From Geopsychrobacteraceae bacterium (lineage in GTDB: Bacteria; Desulfobacterota; Desulfuromonadia; Desulfuromonadales; Geopsychrobacteraceae): DNA of 64,000 bases. Of the stretch, positions 50,853 to 62,021 are shown in pieces. Below the pieces are notes generated by a model. It did not search any database, was not told the DNA's origin, and worked only from the letters and a program-made list of their open reading frames with translations. The stretch's first letter is position 1, and every line of letters starts with the position of its first letter. The stretch is from the NCBI GenBank assembly GCA_963662315.1, contig OY759353.1:320001-384000 (forward strand). The letters are read 5' to 3'. The position numbers were made by a program, and so were the translations under genes.

Positions 50853-51388
50853 TGGTCTCCTTTTGCTGTTACATTTTTACTGCTTTTATCTTTATCCTGT
50901 TGCAAAGCAGTGTCTTGATAAAGGTCATATTTCCTTCCTGGCAACCCAGCCTTATCATGGTTCTGGTGATTATCGCCGGGATGCGTGAACCCCTTTTTAC
51001 CGCACTGCTTACCGGATTGGTGCTTGGTGCTTTGCAGGACAGCTTTTCCGGTACCAGCCTGGGCCTCTATGTGACGGTTTATCTGTTTCTTATTTTTCTG
51101 GCCCGTGGTTTATCGGAACAGCTCAATATTGAAAGTCCGCCGTTACTGCTCCTGCTTGTTGCCGGTGGTACTCTGATTGAAAATGCCTTGATCGGAGTAT
51201 TGATGACAGTATTTGCGGAGACAGAACCTGTTGTTGCTATCCTGATTCCGACTCTCCCTTTGCAATTAGTGACGAATCTTGGCTTTGCCGCATTTATGAT
51301 GATGCTTGTCTATTTTATCCAGTGGCTGACCGGCTCCCGAGTCGGTTTGGGCGCGTTGCTTTCCATGGGTCGATTTCATGGGCATTGA
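50849..51388 (+). CDS. mreD: Rod shape-determining protein MreD
   Basis: Hydrophobic, GALQDSFSG; between mreC and mrdA. Confidence 0.85.
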   Translation: MMVSFCCYIFTAFIFILLQSSVLIKVIFPSWQPSLIMVLVIIAGMREPLFTALLTGLVLGALQDSFSGTSLGLYVTVYLFLIFLARGLSEQLNIESPPLLLLLVAGGTLIENALIGVLMTVFAETEPVVAILIPTLPLQLVTNLGFAAFMMMLVYFIQWLTGSRVGLGALLSMGRFHGH

Positions 51389-53225
51389 TCCAAAATTAAC
51401 CGAACTGCCGTCCGTTCAAAGACGCTTTCTGCTTTATTCCGTAGCTGTGACCCTGGTTTTTCTGCTGCTCGCTGCGCGTTTATGGTATCTGCAGGTTATC
51501 TCCTATGACGATCTGTTGGAGCGTTCCGTCCGTAATCGGACCAGGGTGCTGATCCTGAACGCGCCGCGTGGTCCAGTTTATGATCGCAATGAAGTTCTCC
51601 TGGTTGAAAACCGTCCTTCTTTTGAAATATCGGTCATGCGTCAAGATGTTGAGGATCGTGACCAGTTGCTGGAACGGCTGTCGACCCTGCTTGGACTTGA
51701 CGTTTCTGAACTGGAAAAACGGTGGAATAATGGGCGTCATTTCCCTATTTACCAACCGGTCACCCTGGCTACGGATGTCAGTTGGGACGTTATGGAACGC
51801 ATTCAGGAGCACGGTGTTGATCTGCCTGGCGTTCTCACTGAAGTCCAGCCGGTCAGGGACTACCTGGATCATGGTTCGGCAGCCCATCTGATCGGTTATT
51901 TAGGTGAAATAACCGAAGAAGAACTCGCAGAGCAAAAAGACTATGCTTATCGTGGTGGTGACCTGATCGGTAAAACCGGTCTGGAGAAGAGTTTTGAAGC
52001 CTATTTGCGTGGAACCAAGGGGCGGCGTCTGGTTGAGGTTGATGTGCAGGGAAAGCTGTTGCGCCAGCTTCAGGTTGACCCTCCACTGCCTGGTAACAAG
52101 GTCTATCTGACGATTGACCAGAATCTTCAACAGGCTGCCGATGAGGCTTTTGGCGATGCTTCCGGTGCGGTTGTGGCGATTGATATTCATAATGGAGATA
52201 TTTTGGCCATGGTCAGCCGACCGACCTTCAATCCAAGTATCTTTGCCCGGGGCATAGCAGGGGATGAGTGGAAGGCGCTGGCCTCTGATTCGCGCCACCC
52301 GCTGCAGAACAAAGTGATTGGCGGTCTTTATCCGCCTGGGTCAACTTTTAAAATGATCGTTGCTCTAGCGGCTTTGCGTGAAGGTATCGTCAGTTCCCAT
52401 CGTACGGTTGACTGCCGGGGCGATTTTGTCATCGGCGGGGCCCGCTTCCGTTGCTGGAGCAAAAATGGTCATGGACCAACCGATCTGAACAAGGCGCTGC
52501 GGGAGAGTTGCGATGTCTGGTTCTATCAGATCGGTCTTGAGCTCGGTATCGATAAGCTCTCGGCGGCAGCCAAGGAATTTGGTTTGGGGGCGCCGGTCGG
52601 TTATCCGTTGCCGGGTGAACGGTCCGGGGTTGTCCCATCCCAGCAGTGGAAACGCGAGAACTACAATAAGCCCTGGTACGCTGGCGAAACGGTTATTACC
52701 TCTATCGGCCAGGGGTTTGTTCTGTCAACGCCCCTTCAGCTCGCAGTGATGACTGCGGCAATCGCCAATAAAGGGAAAGTTTTTGTCCCTCAGGTTATTC
52801 GCAAGGTTGAAGACTGGAACGGCAAGGTGCTGTTTGAGTCATCGCCCCAGGTGGCCCGCCAGCTGGATTACCCTAAATCGGCCTGGGATGCTGTTCAGAA
52901 GGGCATGGTGGATGTTGTCAACGCTCCCCGCGGTACCGGAAAGGCGGCGCATCTGGATAATGTTTTGGTGGCTGGTAAAACCGGTACGTCACAGGTCGTG
53001 CGACGCAAATCTGATGAAGAGGAAGAAGAAGAGATTAACGAAGACATTCCTTATAAGTTTCGGCCTCATGCCCTGTTTGTTGCCTTTGCTCCAGCTGATA
53101 ATCCCGATATTGCGGTTGCGGTTGTGGTGGAACACGGGCAATCGGGCGGGCGGGCGGCAGGACCGATTGCTCGTGGCATAATTGATCGCTATATGCAGCT
53201 GAAAACGGAAGAACAGAAACCTTAG
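51378..53225 (+). CDS. mrdA: Penicillin-binding protein 2
   Basis: PGSTFK, SCD and KTGT motifs. Confidence 0.95.
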   Translation: MGIDPKLTELPSVQRRFLLYSVAVTLVFLLLAARLWYLQVISYDDLLERSVRNRTRVLILNAPRGPVYDRNEVLLVENRPSFEISVMRQDVEDRDQLLERLSTLLGLDVSELEKRWNNGRHFPIYQPVTLATDVSWDVMERIQEHGVDLPGVLTEVQPVRDYLDHGSAAHLIGYLGEITEEELAEQKDYAYRGGDLIGKTGLEKSFEAYLRGTKGRRLVEVDVQGKLLRQLQVDPPLPGNKVYLTIDQNLQQAADEAFGDASGAVVAIDIHNGDILAMVSRPTFNPSIFARGIAGDEWKALASDSRHPLQNKVIGGLYPPGSTFKMIVALAALREGIVSSHRTVDCRGDFVIGGARFRCWSKNGHGPTDLNKALRESCDVWFYQIGLELGIDKLSAAAKEFGLGAPVGYPLPGERSGVVPSQQWKRENYNKPWYAGETVITSIGQGFVLSTPLQLAVMTAAIANKGKVFVPQVIRKVEDWNGKVLFESSPQVARQLDYPKSAWDAVQKGMVDVVNAPRGTGKAAHLDNVLVAGKTGTSQVVRRKSDEEEEEEINEDIPYKFRPHALFVAFAPADNPDIAVAVVVEHGQSGGRAAGPIARGIIDRYMQLKTEEQKP

Positions 53226-53237
53226 GAGGGTTCTGCA

Positions 53238-54335
53238 GTGTTTGATCGACGATTGGTGACAAGTTTTGACTGGATTCTCCTGCTGACCGTAATCATTTTG
53301 GCAGCTATCGGAATTGTGAATCTTTACAGTGCGACCGCCAGCTGGAACGAAACCAGCTCTCCTATTTATATCAAACAGATCATTTGGCTCTGTGGCGGAG
53401 TTTCCATTGCTTTAATGTTGTGTATGTTTGACTATCGCCATCTGCATTTTTTCGCGATCCATTTTTATGTTCTTAGCGTTGTGCTGCTGGCGGTGGTTGA
53501 AGTGATGGGCAAAACCAACATGGGGGCCACCCGCTGGATCAGCCTGGGATTTTTTAATCTGCAGCCCAGTGAAGTTATTAAAATCGCAATTATTCTGCTG
53601 TTGGCCCGCATACTAGGTAAAACGGCTAACTCGGCAGGATTTGGTCTCTTCGAGCTGTGGAAGCCGGCATTGTGGGTATTGATTCCCGTTGTCCTTATCC
53701 TGAAACAGCCTGATCTTGGGACGGCCTCGATGGTGGTGTTTATCGCTGGGTCAATGCTGTTGTTTGCAGGGCTTAAACGAGGCACTATTATCGCTGTCGT
53801 AATTATTGGTATTTTAGTTGCCGTCGGAGGCTGGTTTGGCCTGCATGACTATCAGCGGGCGCGGATTATGACCTTTTTAAACCCTGAAGCTGATCCTTTG
53901 GGGCGTGGCTATCACATTATCCAGTCAAAGATCGCCGTTGGCAGCGGCGGCTTTTTTGGTAAAGGGTTTGCCCAGGGAACCCAGTCGCAGCTCTCCTTTC
54001 TGCCCGAAAGGCACACCGATTTTGCTTTTTCCGTGTTTGCCGAAGAGTGGGGTTTTGCCGGGTGTGTTGTTTTGTTGTGTCTCTATCTGTTTCTGGTGAT
54101 CTGGGGGATTTATATCGCCCGCCGGGCTAGTGACCGTTTCGGCTTGTTTTTAGCGATTGGTGTAACGGCCATGATCTTCTGGCATATTGTTGTCAATCTG
54201 GGCATGGTTATCGGATTGTTGCCCGTTGTTGGCGTGCCGCTTCCGCTCTTTTCCTATGGCGGGACCAGCATGGTCACAACCATGATCGGTGTCGGGTTGT
54301 TGATGAATGTGAGTATGCGTAGGTTCCTGTTCTGA
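53238..54335 (+). CDS. rodA: Rod shape-determining protein RodA
   Basis: QPSE, QPDLGT, PERHTDF, SYGGTS. Confidence 0.95.
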   Translation: MFDRRLVTSFDWILLLTVIILAAIGIVNLYSATASWNETSSPIYIKQIIWLCGGVSIALMLCMFDYRHLHFFAIHFYVLSVVLLAVVEVMGKTNMGATRWISLGFFNLQPSEVIKIAIILLLARILGKTANSAGFGLFELWKPALWVLIPVVLILKQPDLGTASMVVFIAGSMLLFAGLKRGTIIAVVIIGILVAVGGWFGLHDYQRARIMTFLNPEADPLGRGYHIIQSKIAVGSGGFFGKGFAQGTQSQLSFLPERHTDFAFSVFAEEWGFAGCVVLLCLYLFLVIWGIYIARRASDRFGLFLAIGVTAMIFWHIVVNLGMVIGLLPVVGVPLPLFSYGGTSMVTTMIGVGLLMNVSMRRFLF

Positions 54336-54508
54336 TTTTTGAGCAGAAATCGCTCTGTTTCGCTACTCGTGCGGTATCTTTACGCAGGCGCTTGCGCGGC
54401 GTGAAGAACGTCGCCTCCGCACTTTTGCCTGGCATCTTTGGCCTGACGGGAATTCGCTGGTCTATGTATTGGCGCATGTGCTGGAACGATTTGTTTGCTT
54501 AGTAAATT
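54336..54508. repeat. Degenerate palindromic element related to the MITE at 24.0 kb
   Basis: Core GCGGCGT-N10-CGCCTCCGC shared with 24064-24089; weak terminal inverted repeats. Confidence 0.45.
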
Positions 54509-54649
54509 GTATTGTTTATGGGGTTTTCTGGTTTCTGATTCCCGATAGACTTTAAAATGCTCTTATGATAAGTGTCTGAGCATCGTCATCCCATAGTTAT
54601 CTTTCTGTAGCCGGTCGCTTTGCTGCACTGATTGTAAACAGGCAGACTA

Positions 54650-55507
54650 ATGTTGAAAAAAGTAGGTATTTACGCCAAAAAAAATCATCCCGATGTCGAA
54701 AAAATCGTTTATGAGATTCGTGAACGGTTGAATCGCGACAACATTACGGTGTTGCTCGAAGACAGTGTTGCGGAATTGATTGGGCAGGTGAATGGTTATG
54801 CCGGCGATGAAATACCGGATCTGGTTGATCTGGCTATTGTTCTGGGCGGTGATGGTACCCTCATTTCTGTAGCTCGACAGATTGCCGGGCGCCAGATTCC
54901 TATTGTTGGTGTCAACCTCGGCCGGCTTGGTTTTTTAACCGAGATTACCAAGGATGAACTGCCGGACATGCTTGATCGTATCGTTGCCGGTGATTATCAG
55001 ATTTCTGACCGGATGATGCTTGATTCTCTGATCTATCGTAAAAACCAGTTGATCGGCACTTATACGGTCCTGAATGATATCGTTATTAATAAAGGGGCCC
55101 TGGCGCGAATCATCGATATGGATGCGTCTATTGACGGGCGGCATCTCTGTACCTATAAGGCCGATGGTATGATCATCGCAACCCCGACAGGATCAACCGG
55201 GTACAGTCTTGCGGCCGGTGGGCCAATCATTTATCCTGAGGTCAACAGTTTGCTGATTGCGCCTATCTGCCCGCATATGCTGACCAATCGGCCTATAGTC
55301 GTTAAAAGTCATTCGGTTATTGATATTGAAGTGAAGTTTGAGGACGATGTTGTATTTTTTACTGCCGACGGCCAGGTCGGGCGTAAACTGTTGCCCGGTG
55401 ACCGGGTTGAAGTGCGCCGTTCTGCGGCAAGAGCTCTCCTGGTCAGTAGTCCGACTAAAGACTATTATGAAATTTTGCGCACTAAGCTTGGTTGGGGTGA
55501 GCGCTAA
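54650..55507 (+). CDS. nadK: NAD kinase
   Basis: LGGDGT, LNDIV, TPTGSTGYSLAAGG. Confidence 0.95.
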   Translation: MLKKVGIYAKKNHPDVEKIVYEIRERLNRDNITVLLEDSVAELIGQVNGYAGDEIPDLVDLAIVLGGDGTLISVARQIAGRQIPIVGVNLGRLGFLTEITKDELPDMLDRIVAGDYQISDRMMLDSLIYRKNQLIGTYTVLNDIVINKGALARIIDMDASIDGRHLCTYKADGMIIATPTGSTGYSLAAGGPIIYPEVNSLLIAPICPHMLTNRPIVVKSHSVIDIEVKFEDDVVFFTADGQVGRKLLPGDRVEVRRSAARALLVSSPTKDYYEILRTKLGWGER

Positions 55508-55541
55508 TTGAGTTTCTCGCTGATTTGATGATGTTATCACT

Positions 55542-57227
55542 ATGCTGACAGATCTGATAATTAAGAATTTCGCCATTATTGAGAATTTACATGTCTGCTT
55601 TGCCGGGGGATTTAATGTTTTGACCGGTGAGACCGGGGCCGGTAAATCGATCATACTCGATGCTGTTAGTTTGCTACTGGGGGGGCGTGCCCGGGGTGAA
55701 GTCATTCGTAACGGGACCGAGGAAGCCTCCGTTGAGGCTATTTTTAACCTGTCTGACTCGCCGTCCGTGCAATTACGTCTTGCCGCCGCTGGTCTGGCTG
55801 ACGGCGATGATTTACTGGTCCGGCGTCTGGTTTCACGCTCGGGTAAAAATCGCGTCTTTATCAATGGTTCGGTGGTTACTTTAAGTCAATTACGTGAACT
55901 TACTGTTGGCCTGGTCAATATCTATGGACAGCATGAACACCAGAATCTGCAGCAGGTTGAATCTCATCTGGAGATGCTGGATACCTTTGGTGGGCTGGAG
56001 GACGAGGTGCGGAAGTACCAACAGGTTTATGCGACTTACCAGCAGGTAAGCCATGACCTGAAGCAACTCGACCTTGCCGAACGGGAGCGGTGCCAGCGCC
56101 TTGATATGCTGGCTTTTCAGAAAAAGGAGCTGGATGAGGCACGGCTGCGCAGCGGTGAAGACGAAGAGCTTGAGCAGGAACGCTCCTTATTGCTGAATGC
56201 CGAGAAGTTGACCGCTGCAACGCGTGGCGGGTATGACATCCTCTATGACGGCTCGCATGCTGTTTGCGATAAGTTGGCGACAGTTATTCAAGACCTTGAG
56301 GATCTGCAGACGGTTGATGCGACGTTCACCCCTCTGGTTGAAACCTTGCAGTCAAGTTTGTACGCCCTTGAAGATGTGGCCTCCGTTTTACGTGATTATT
56401 CTGATAGACTCGATTTCGAACCATCACGCCAGGAACTGGTTGAGCAGAGGCTGTCTCAATTGATCGCGCTGAAGAGGAAATATGCCCCGACTTTGGATGA
56501 ATTGATTGCGTATCGCGATCAGGTTGGTGCCGAGTTTGACCTGCTGAACGCTTCCGCAGAGCGTCGTGATGAGCTTGATCAGCAGTTGGTTGCTGCGCGT
56601 AAGGAGTTGCTCGTTGTCGGGCAAAAACTGAGTAAGGCCCGTGCTGCGGCTGCTGTTAGGCTGAGTCAGTTGGTTGAGCAGGAACTTGGCGAGTTGGCAA
56701 TGGGGGCAGCGCGTTTTTCGGTTGAATTTTCTTCTTTACCAGAGCCTGCTGAATGTGGTCTGGAAAGAGGTGAATTTTATCTGGCGGCAAATCCGGGAGA
56801 GCCAGCTCAGCCGTTGGCTAAAGTGGCATCTGGTGGTGAGCTGTCTCGCATTATGCTGGCATTACGTCGCAGTGCGCCTGAAGGGGATAGTGTCAGAACC
56901 CTGGTATTTGATGAGGTGGATGCAGGTATCGGCGGGGAGGCGGCGACCGCTGTTGGTCAGAAAATTGCGCAGTTAGGCCATGAGTTACAGGTGTTATGTG
57001 TAACTCATTTGCCTCAGGTTGCCGCATTTGCTAATCAGCATTACCGCGTGGCAAAAAAAGCGTCTGATGGGCGGACCGCAACCCAGCTTAATTTACTGGA
57101 CAGTGAACAGCGTGTTCGTGAGATGGCGCGGATGTTGGGAGGGGCTCAGGTCGGTGAACAGACGCTGATTCACGCGCGCGAGCTCATCGAAAATTCCGCT
57201 GCTCTGGTCGATCTCCAGGTGCTTTAG
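55542..57227 (+). CDS. recN: DNA repair protein RecN
   Basis: TGETGAGKS, ASGGELSR, FDEVD, VTHLPQVA. Confidence 0.96.
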   Translation: MLTDLIIKNFAIIENLHVCFAGGFNVLTGETGAGKSIILDAVSLLLGGRARGEVIRNGTEEASVEAIFNLSDSPSVQLRLAAAGLADGDDLLVRRLVSRSGKNRVFINGSVVTLSQLRELTVGLVNIYGQHEHQNLQQVESHLEMLDTFGGLEDEVRKYQQVYATYQQVSHDLKQLDLAERERCQRLDMLAFQKKELDEARLRSGEDEELEQERSLLLNAEKLTAATRGGYDILYDGSHAVCDKLATVIQDLEDLQTVDATFTPLVETLQSSLYALEDVASVLRDYSDRLDFEPSRQELVEQRLSQLIALKRKYAPTLDELIAYRDQVGAEFDLLNASAERRDELDQQLVAARKELLVVGQKLSKARAAAAVRLSQLVEQELGELAMGAARFSVEFSSLPEPAECGLERGEFYLAANPGEPAQPLAKVASGGELSRIMLALRRSAPEGDSVRTLVFDEVDAGIGGEAATAVGQKIAQLGHELQVLCVTHLPQVAAFANQHYRVAKKASDGRTATQLNLLDSEQRVREMARMLGGAQVGEQTLIHARELIENSAALVDLQVL

Positions 57228-57272
57228 TGATGTGCACAGATTATCGTTTTTGAAACAGAAAGAATTGTAACA

Positions 57273-57725
57273 ATGATACGTCATGCCAGAATCCCGGACG
57301 CCAGAAATATCCATCAGCTTTTGCTCGCTTTTTCCCGTGAAGGGCAGTTGCTGGGGCGCTCATTGGCGGATATTTACGATGCCATCCGTGATTTTTACGT
57401 ATTTGAGGAGAATGGTGAGATACTCGGTATTGGCGCCTTGGCTATATGCTGGGAAGATCTTGCTGAAATCCGCTCTCTGGCTGTTGCCGATGGGCAGCAG
57501 GGGCGCGGTATCGGCAGGCAGATTGTCTCTACCTGTCTTGATGAAGCGCGGGAGCTTGGGCTTAAAAGGGTTTTTGCTTTAACGTATCAGCCCGGTTTTT
57601 TTAAGCGTCTTGGTTTTGTCGATATTGAAAAGTCGGAGCTGCCACAAAAAGTTTGGGGAGATTGTATTAAATGCGTTAAATTCCCAGATTGTGATGAACA
57701 TGCGTTAGCCATTTCTTTGGCCTGA
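57273..57725 (+). CDS. GNAT N-acetyltransferase (short ArgA-like)
   Basis: LAEIRSLAV, GRGIG, FALTY, LPQKVWGDCIKC. Confidence 0.85.
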   Translation: MIRHARIPDARNIHQLLLAFSREGQLLGRSLADIYDAIRDFYVFEENGEILGIGALAICWEDLAEIRSLAVADGQQGRGIGRQIVSTCLDEARELGLKRVFALTYQPGFFKRLGFVDIEKSELPQKVWGDCIKCVKFPDCDEHALAISLA

Positions 57726-57765
57726 GACCATTCGGCAGGTTTTCTGTTCCCGAAGGATCGTGTTT

Positions 57766-58131
57766 ATGATGTCTGATGCTTTTAAAAAGTGTTCAAATTG
57801 TGGTGTCGAGTGGCAGACCCGGGAAGATTTTATTCATGATGAAGAGGTCATATTGCTTGGTTACCAACCTAACTTTGTGATGCTCTCTAAAGGGCTATTT
57901 CTCTTCAATCATAAATGTGGCAGCACTATATCTGTCAGGGTTCATTTTTTTGCTGATTTATATCAGGGGCCAATGTTTGATAATTCTTTGACTGGCAGCT
58001 CTGAATGTTTAGGGTATTGCCTGCATCAGAATGAACTGCGCCCGTGTCTCGCTGAATGTGAATGTTCGTATGTCAGGTTTGTTCTTGGATTGCTGAAAAG
58101 TAAAACGACTGTGCCTTTGCGGGATTCCTGA
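57766..58131 (+). CDS. Cys-rich hypothetical protein
   Basis: CSNC, HKC, CLGYC and CLAECEC clusters; start uncertain (57760-57769). Confidence 0.65.
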   Translation: MMSDAFKKCSNCGVEWQTREDFIHDEEVILLGYQPNFVMLSKGLFLFNHKCGSTISVRVHFFADLYQGPMFDNSLTGSSECLGYCLHQNELRPCLAECECSYVRFVLGLLKSKTTVPLRDS

Positions 58132-58138
58132 AAACAGA

Positions 58139-59017
58139 GTGGTTGAGCGGTTGGCTAGAAAATTTTCCATAGTTCTTTTTACGGATGAAAGTGCCCGGCC
58201 GGTCAGGTTTAGCGTGAGCGTTGGGTGGCTGTGGTTTTGCGCTGTAGTTCTTGCGGCTGGATGCATTGCATTGATTTGTCTGGGCTACGGCTTCTTTGTT
58301 CGTGAAACTGCTCTGCGGGATGTCGTTTCGTTGCGGGCGGAAAATAACACGCAACGTCAGCAGTTGGAGAGGTATGCTTTAGAATTTAACAGGTTAAGTG
58401 AAGAAGTGCGTGACCTTGCTATGGCTGAGGCCAGGCTCAAGCAGCTTGCTGGAGTCGAAACGGAGCGTATTGAGCTGCCGGTTGCCATCGGTGGGTTGCC
58501 TGAGGCCGATCTTTCTCTGACATCTGACAGCATTGAGCGACAGATCAGTGACCTGCAGATTGTTCTTGAACTACGGCGTCAAAATCAGGAAGAGGTTCGT
58601 AACCTGCTTAATGATAAAGTGTCTTTGAGCCGCGCAACTCCTCATGGTTGGCCTACCCGCGGCTGGCTGACATCCTATTTTGGTAAACGTGTGTCGCCTT
58701 TCAGTGGGCGCAAAGTGATGCACGAAGGGCTGGATATCGCTGCCAATACCGGAACTCCGGTTTATGCTACTGCTGACGGTATTGTCGCACGCGTATCGTA
58801 TTCTCCCAGTTACGGTAAAACCGTCGTTATCGATCATGGTTACGGCTACCGGACTATTTTTGGCCATACCTCAAAAATTCTGGTTGAGAGCGGTCAGCGT
58901 ATCCGGCGTGGTGATCGTATCGCTCTGGTTGGTAATACCGGGCGCTCCACTGGACCACATCTGCATTATGAATTACGCCTTGATGGCGTTCCTATCGATC
59001 CCCGGAAAACGTTGTAA
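58139..59017 (+). CDS. M23 family metallopeptidase with TM and coiled coil
   Basis: HEGLD and HLHYE motifs. Confidence 0.9.
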   Translation: MVERLARKFSIVLFTDESARPVRFSVSVGWLWFCAVVLAAGCIALICLGYGFFVRETALRDVVSLRAENNTQRQQLERYALEFNRLSEEVRDLAMAEARLKQLAGVETERIELPVAIGGLPEADLSLTSDSIERQISDLQIVLELRRQNQEEVRNLLNDKVSLSRATPHGWPTRGWLTSYFGKRVSPFSGRKVMHEGLDIAANTGTPVYATADGIVARVSYSPSYGKTVVIDHGYGYRTIFGHTSKILVESGQRIRRGDRIALVGNTGRSTGPHLHYELRLDGVPIDPRKTL

Positions 59018-59308
59018 CGTCTCGCCATTTCTTCCTTTCCTGCGTTCTTGATGTTTTTTAAAACGATTTTTAATAGGGGCAAGTTTAGCTGCTGCAACTA
59101 TCTAAAATTTAAGAGTTTTGTCTGATTATTAATGCTTGTGGGGAGTTCTCCGCATGTGCTACTATGTCGCGTCAACTGTTCGGCCGGTATGTTGTGGTTA
59201 AGCGACTCGTTTCCAACCGTCAGCCACAGTATGTCCGAGGTTTATTTCTTCTAACTGCATTTGTCCCAAAGAATATCATTTCTCTGAGGTCTGGAGTTTT
59301 ATTTAACG

Positions 59309-61999
59309 ATGATGCTTAATCTGCTTCAAAAAATTATTGGCACCAAGAATGACCGGGATCTGAAAAAAGTTCAGCCTGTTGTCGAAAAAATCAATAGCTA
59401 TGAGAATGCTTTAGAAGCTCTGGATGATGCACAGTTGCAGGCTAAAACCAATGAGTTCAGGCAGCGCCTGAGTCAGGGTGAAGGTCTTGATGATTTGCTG
59501 CCTGAGGCTTTTGCTGTGGTCAGGGAGGCGAGTAAACGCGTTTTGGGTATGCGCCATTTTGATGTCCAGCTGATCGGTGGCATTGTTCTGCATAGCGGAA
59601 AAATCGCTGAAATGAAAACCGGTGAAGGGAAAACCCTCATGGCGACTTTGCCGATTTATCTGAACGCTTTGGTCGGGAAAGGGGTTCATGTCGTTACGGT
59701 CAACGATTACCTGGCCAGCCGCGATGCACAGTGGATGGGGAATGTCTATCGTTTTCTTGGTCTGAGCGTTGACTGCATTGTCCATGGTCTCACTGATCAA
59801 CAGCGTAAGGTTGCATATGGCTGTGATATTACCTACGGCACCAATAACGAGTTTGGCTTCGATTATCTGCGCGATAATATGAAGTTTGATCTAAATGATT
59901 ATGTTCAGCGTGATCTGCATTATGCCATCGTCGATGAGGTCGACTCCATTCTTATTGACGAAGCGCGGACGCCGTTGATCATTTCCGGTCCCAGCGAAGC
60001 TTCAAGTGAGCTCTATACCATGGTCGACCGGATTATTCCGCGTCTGGTAAAAGGCGAAATTATTGAAGAGCGTGATGGTAAAATCGGCCAGTCGACCAAA
60101 CACCATACAGGCGATTTTACCGTTGATGAAAAAGCAAAATCTGCGGCCCTTACGGAAGATGGGGTTGCCAAAGTTGAGAAATTGCTGAATGTCAATAACC
60201 TGTATGAACCTAAAAACATGGTGCTTCTGCATCATGTCAATCAGGCGTTAAAGGCTCATGCGCTGTTTAAAAAAGACGTTGACTATGTCGTCAGTGATGG
60301 TGAAGTCCAGATTGTTGATGAATTTACCGGACGCCTGATGCCGGGGCGGCGCTGGAGCGATGGTCTGCATCAGGCGGTAGAAGCCAAGGAAGGGGTTAAA
60401 ATTGCCAGTGAAAACCAGACTTTGGCAACCATCACCTTCCAGAATTACTTCCGTATGTATGACAAGCTTGCCGGTATGACTGGTACTGCTGAAACGGAAG
60501 CTGCTGAGTTCGGTGAAATCTACAAACTTGATGTCACGGTGATTCCGACCAACCGGCCAATGCAGCGCAAAGATCAGGCCGATGTTATCTATAAAACTGA
60601 AAAAGAAAAGTTTCTGGCGGTTATTGATGATATTGTTGAATGTCACAAGAGAGGCCAACCGGTACTGGTCGGTACCATCAATATCGATAAGTCGGAAGTT
60701 CTGGCGGCCTTGCTGAAAAAACGTGGTGTTCCGCATCATGTCCTCAATGCCAAACAGCATGAGCGTGAAGCATTCATCGTCGCCCAGGCAGGGCGTAAAG
60801 GGGCTGTGACTATAGCGACTAATATGGCCGGCCGTGGGACCGATATTGTTTTGGGTGGAAATCCTGAAATGATGGCTCGTGCCGAAGCGGCCACGGCTGA
60901 GGATCCGGAAAGTCGCTTTATTGAGCTGCTGCCCCAGTATGAACAACGCTGCAAACAGGAAAAACAGGATGTTCTTGAATTAGGAGGACTTTATATCCTT
61001 GGTACTGAGCGCCATGAGTCGCGCCGTATAGATAATCAGCTGCGTGGCCGTTCCGGCCGCCAGGGGGATCCGGGGTTAAGCCGTTTCTACTTAAGCCTTG
61101 AAGATGATCTGTTGCGTATTTTTGGTTCACACCGAGTGGCCTTCGTTATGGAAAAACTGAAAATTCCCGAGGGAGAGCCGATTGAGCACGGTATTATCAG
61201 TAAGGCTATCGAGAATGCACAGAAGAAGGTGGAAGCCCATAACTTTGATATCCGCAAGCATCTGATCGAGTATGATGATGTCATGAATCGCCAGCGGGAG
61301 GTTATCTATACCCAGCGGCGTGAGGTTCTTGCCGGGGAGGACCTGGTTGCAACCTATCATGGTATTATTGACGAAACGGTTGAGGATATGATTGCCTCCT
61401 TTTGTCCTGACAAGAACGATTCCAGCTTGTGGGACTGGATACGGATCAGCGAGGATTTTATTCATCAGTTCAATTTTACTCCTGATCTGTCCACCGTTAA
61501 CCGGAATAAATGCAGTCACGATGAGCTTAATACGTTGCTCAAAGAAAAAGCCAGGAAACGTCTGGCTGAAAAGGAAGAGGATTTCACTGTTCCGATCATG
61601 CAACAGCTGATGAGGGTTCTGCTGTTGCAGACCATAGACAGTCAGTGGAAAGACCATCTGTTATCCGTAGATCACCTGAAGGAAGGGATCGGACTGCGTG
61701 GGTATGGCCAGAAAAATCCCAAGGAAGAATACAAGCGAGAAGCCTATGCCCTGTTTATGGGGATGATGGACCGGGTCCGTTCGGAAGTCATTCAGAAACT
61801 GTTCCGTATCCAGCTTGCCCGTGAGGAAGATGTTAATCAGATGGAAGTGCAGCAGCGCAAACAACAGATTTCCTTAAATCGGGTCGGGGGAGACGATGCG
61901 GTAAAAGCACCGGTAACCCGAGATGATGATAAAATTGGTCGCAATGATCCGTGTCCTTGTGGCAGTGGGCAGAAATATAAAAAGTGCTGTGGTCGCTGA
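59309..61999 (+). CDS. secA: Preprotein translocase SecA
   Basis: [26 protein letters not shown] and C-terminal SEC-C ([13 protein letters not shown]). Confidence 0.98.
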   Translation: MMLNLLQKIIGTKNDRDLKKVQPVVEKINSYENALEALDDAQLQAKTNEFRQRLSQGEGLDDLLPEAFAVVREASKRVLGMRHFDVQLIGGIVLHSGKIAEMKTGEGKTLMATLPIYLNALVGKGVHVVTVNDYLASRDAQWMGNVYRFLGLSVDCIVHGLTDQQRKVAYGCDITYGTNNEFGFDYLRDNMKFDLNDYVQRDLHYAIVDEVDSILIDEARTPLIISGPSEASSELYTMVDRIIPRLVKGEIIEERDGKIGQSTKHHTGDFTVDEKAKSAALTEDGVAKVEKLLNVNNLYEPKNMVLLHHVNQALKAHALFKKDVDYVVSDGEVQIVDEFTGRLMPGRRWSDGLHQAVEAKEGVKIASENQTLATITFQNYFRMYDKLAGMTGTAETEAAEFGEIYKLDVTVIPTNRPMQRKDQADVIYKTEKEKFLAVIDDIVECHKRGQPVLVGTINIDKSEVLAALLKKRGVPHHVLNAKQHEREAFIVAQAGRKGAVTIATNMAGRGTDIVLGGNPEMMARAEAATAEDPESRFIELLPQYEQRCKQEKQDVLELGGLYILGTERHESRRIDNQLRGRSGRQGDPGLSRFYLSLEDDLLRIFGSHRVAFVMEKLKIPEGEPIEHGIISKAIENAQKKVEAHNFDIRKHLIEYDDVMNRQREVIYTQRREVLAGEDLVATYHGIIDETVEDMIASFCPDKNDSSLWDWIRISEDFIHQFNFTPDLSTVNRNKCSHDELNTLLKEKARKRLAEKEEDFTVPIMQQLMRVLLLQTIDSQWKDHLLSVDHLKEGIGLRGYGQKNPKEEYKREAYALFMGMMDRVRSEVIQKLFRIQLAREEDVNQMEVQQRKQQISLNRVGGDDAVKAPVTRDDDKIGRNDPCPCGSGQKYKKCCGR

Positions 62000-62021
62000 A
62001 AAGGCCAAGGTAATGGGGGAT

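Noticed and set aside
61923..62012. N-terminal extension of the kinase
   Set aside because: Overlaps the secA 3' end; the receiver domain begins after the ATG at 62013/62022.
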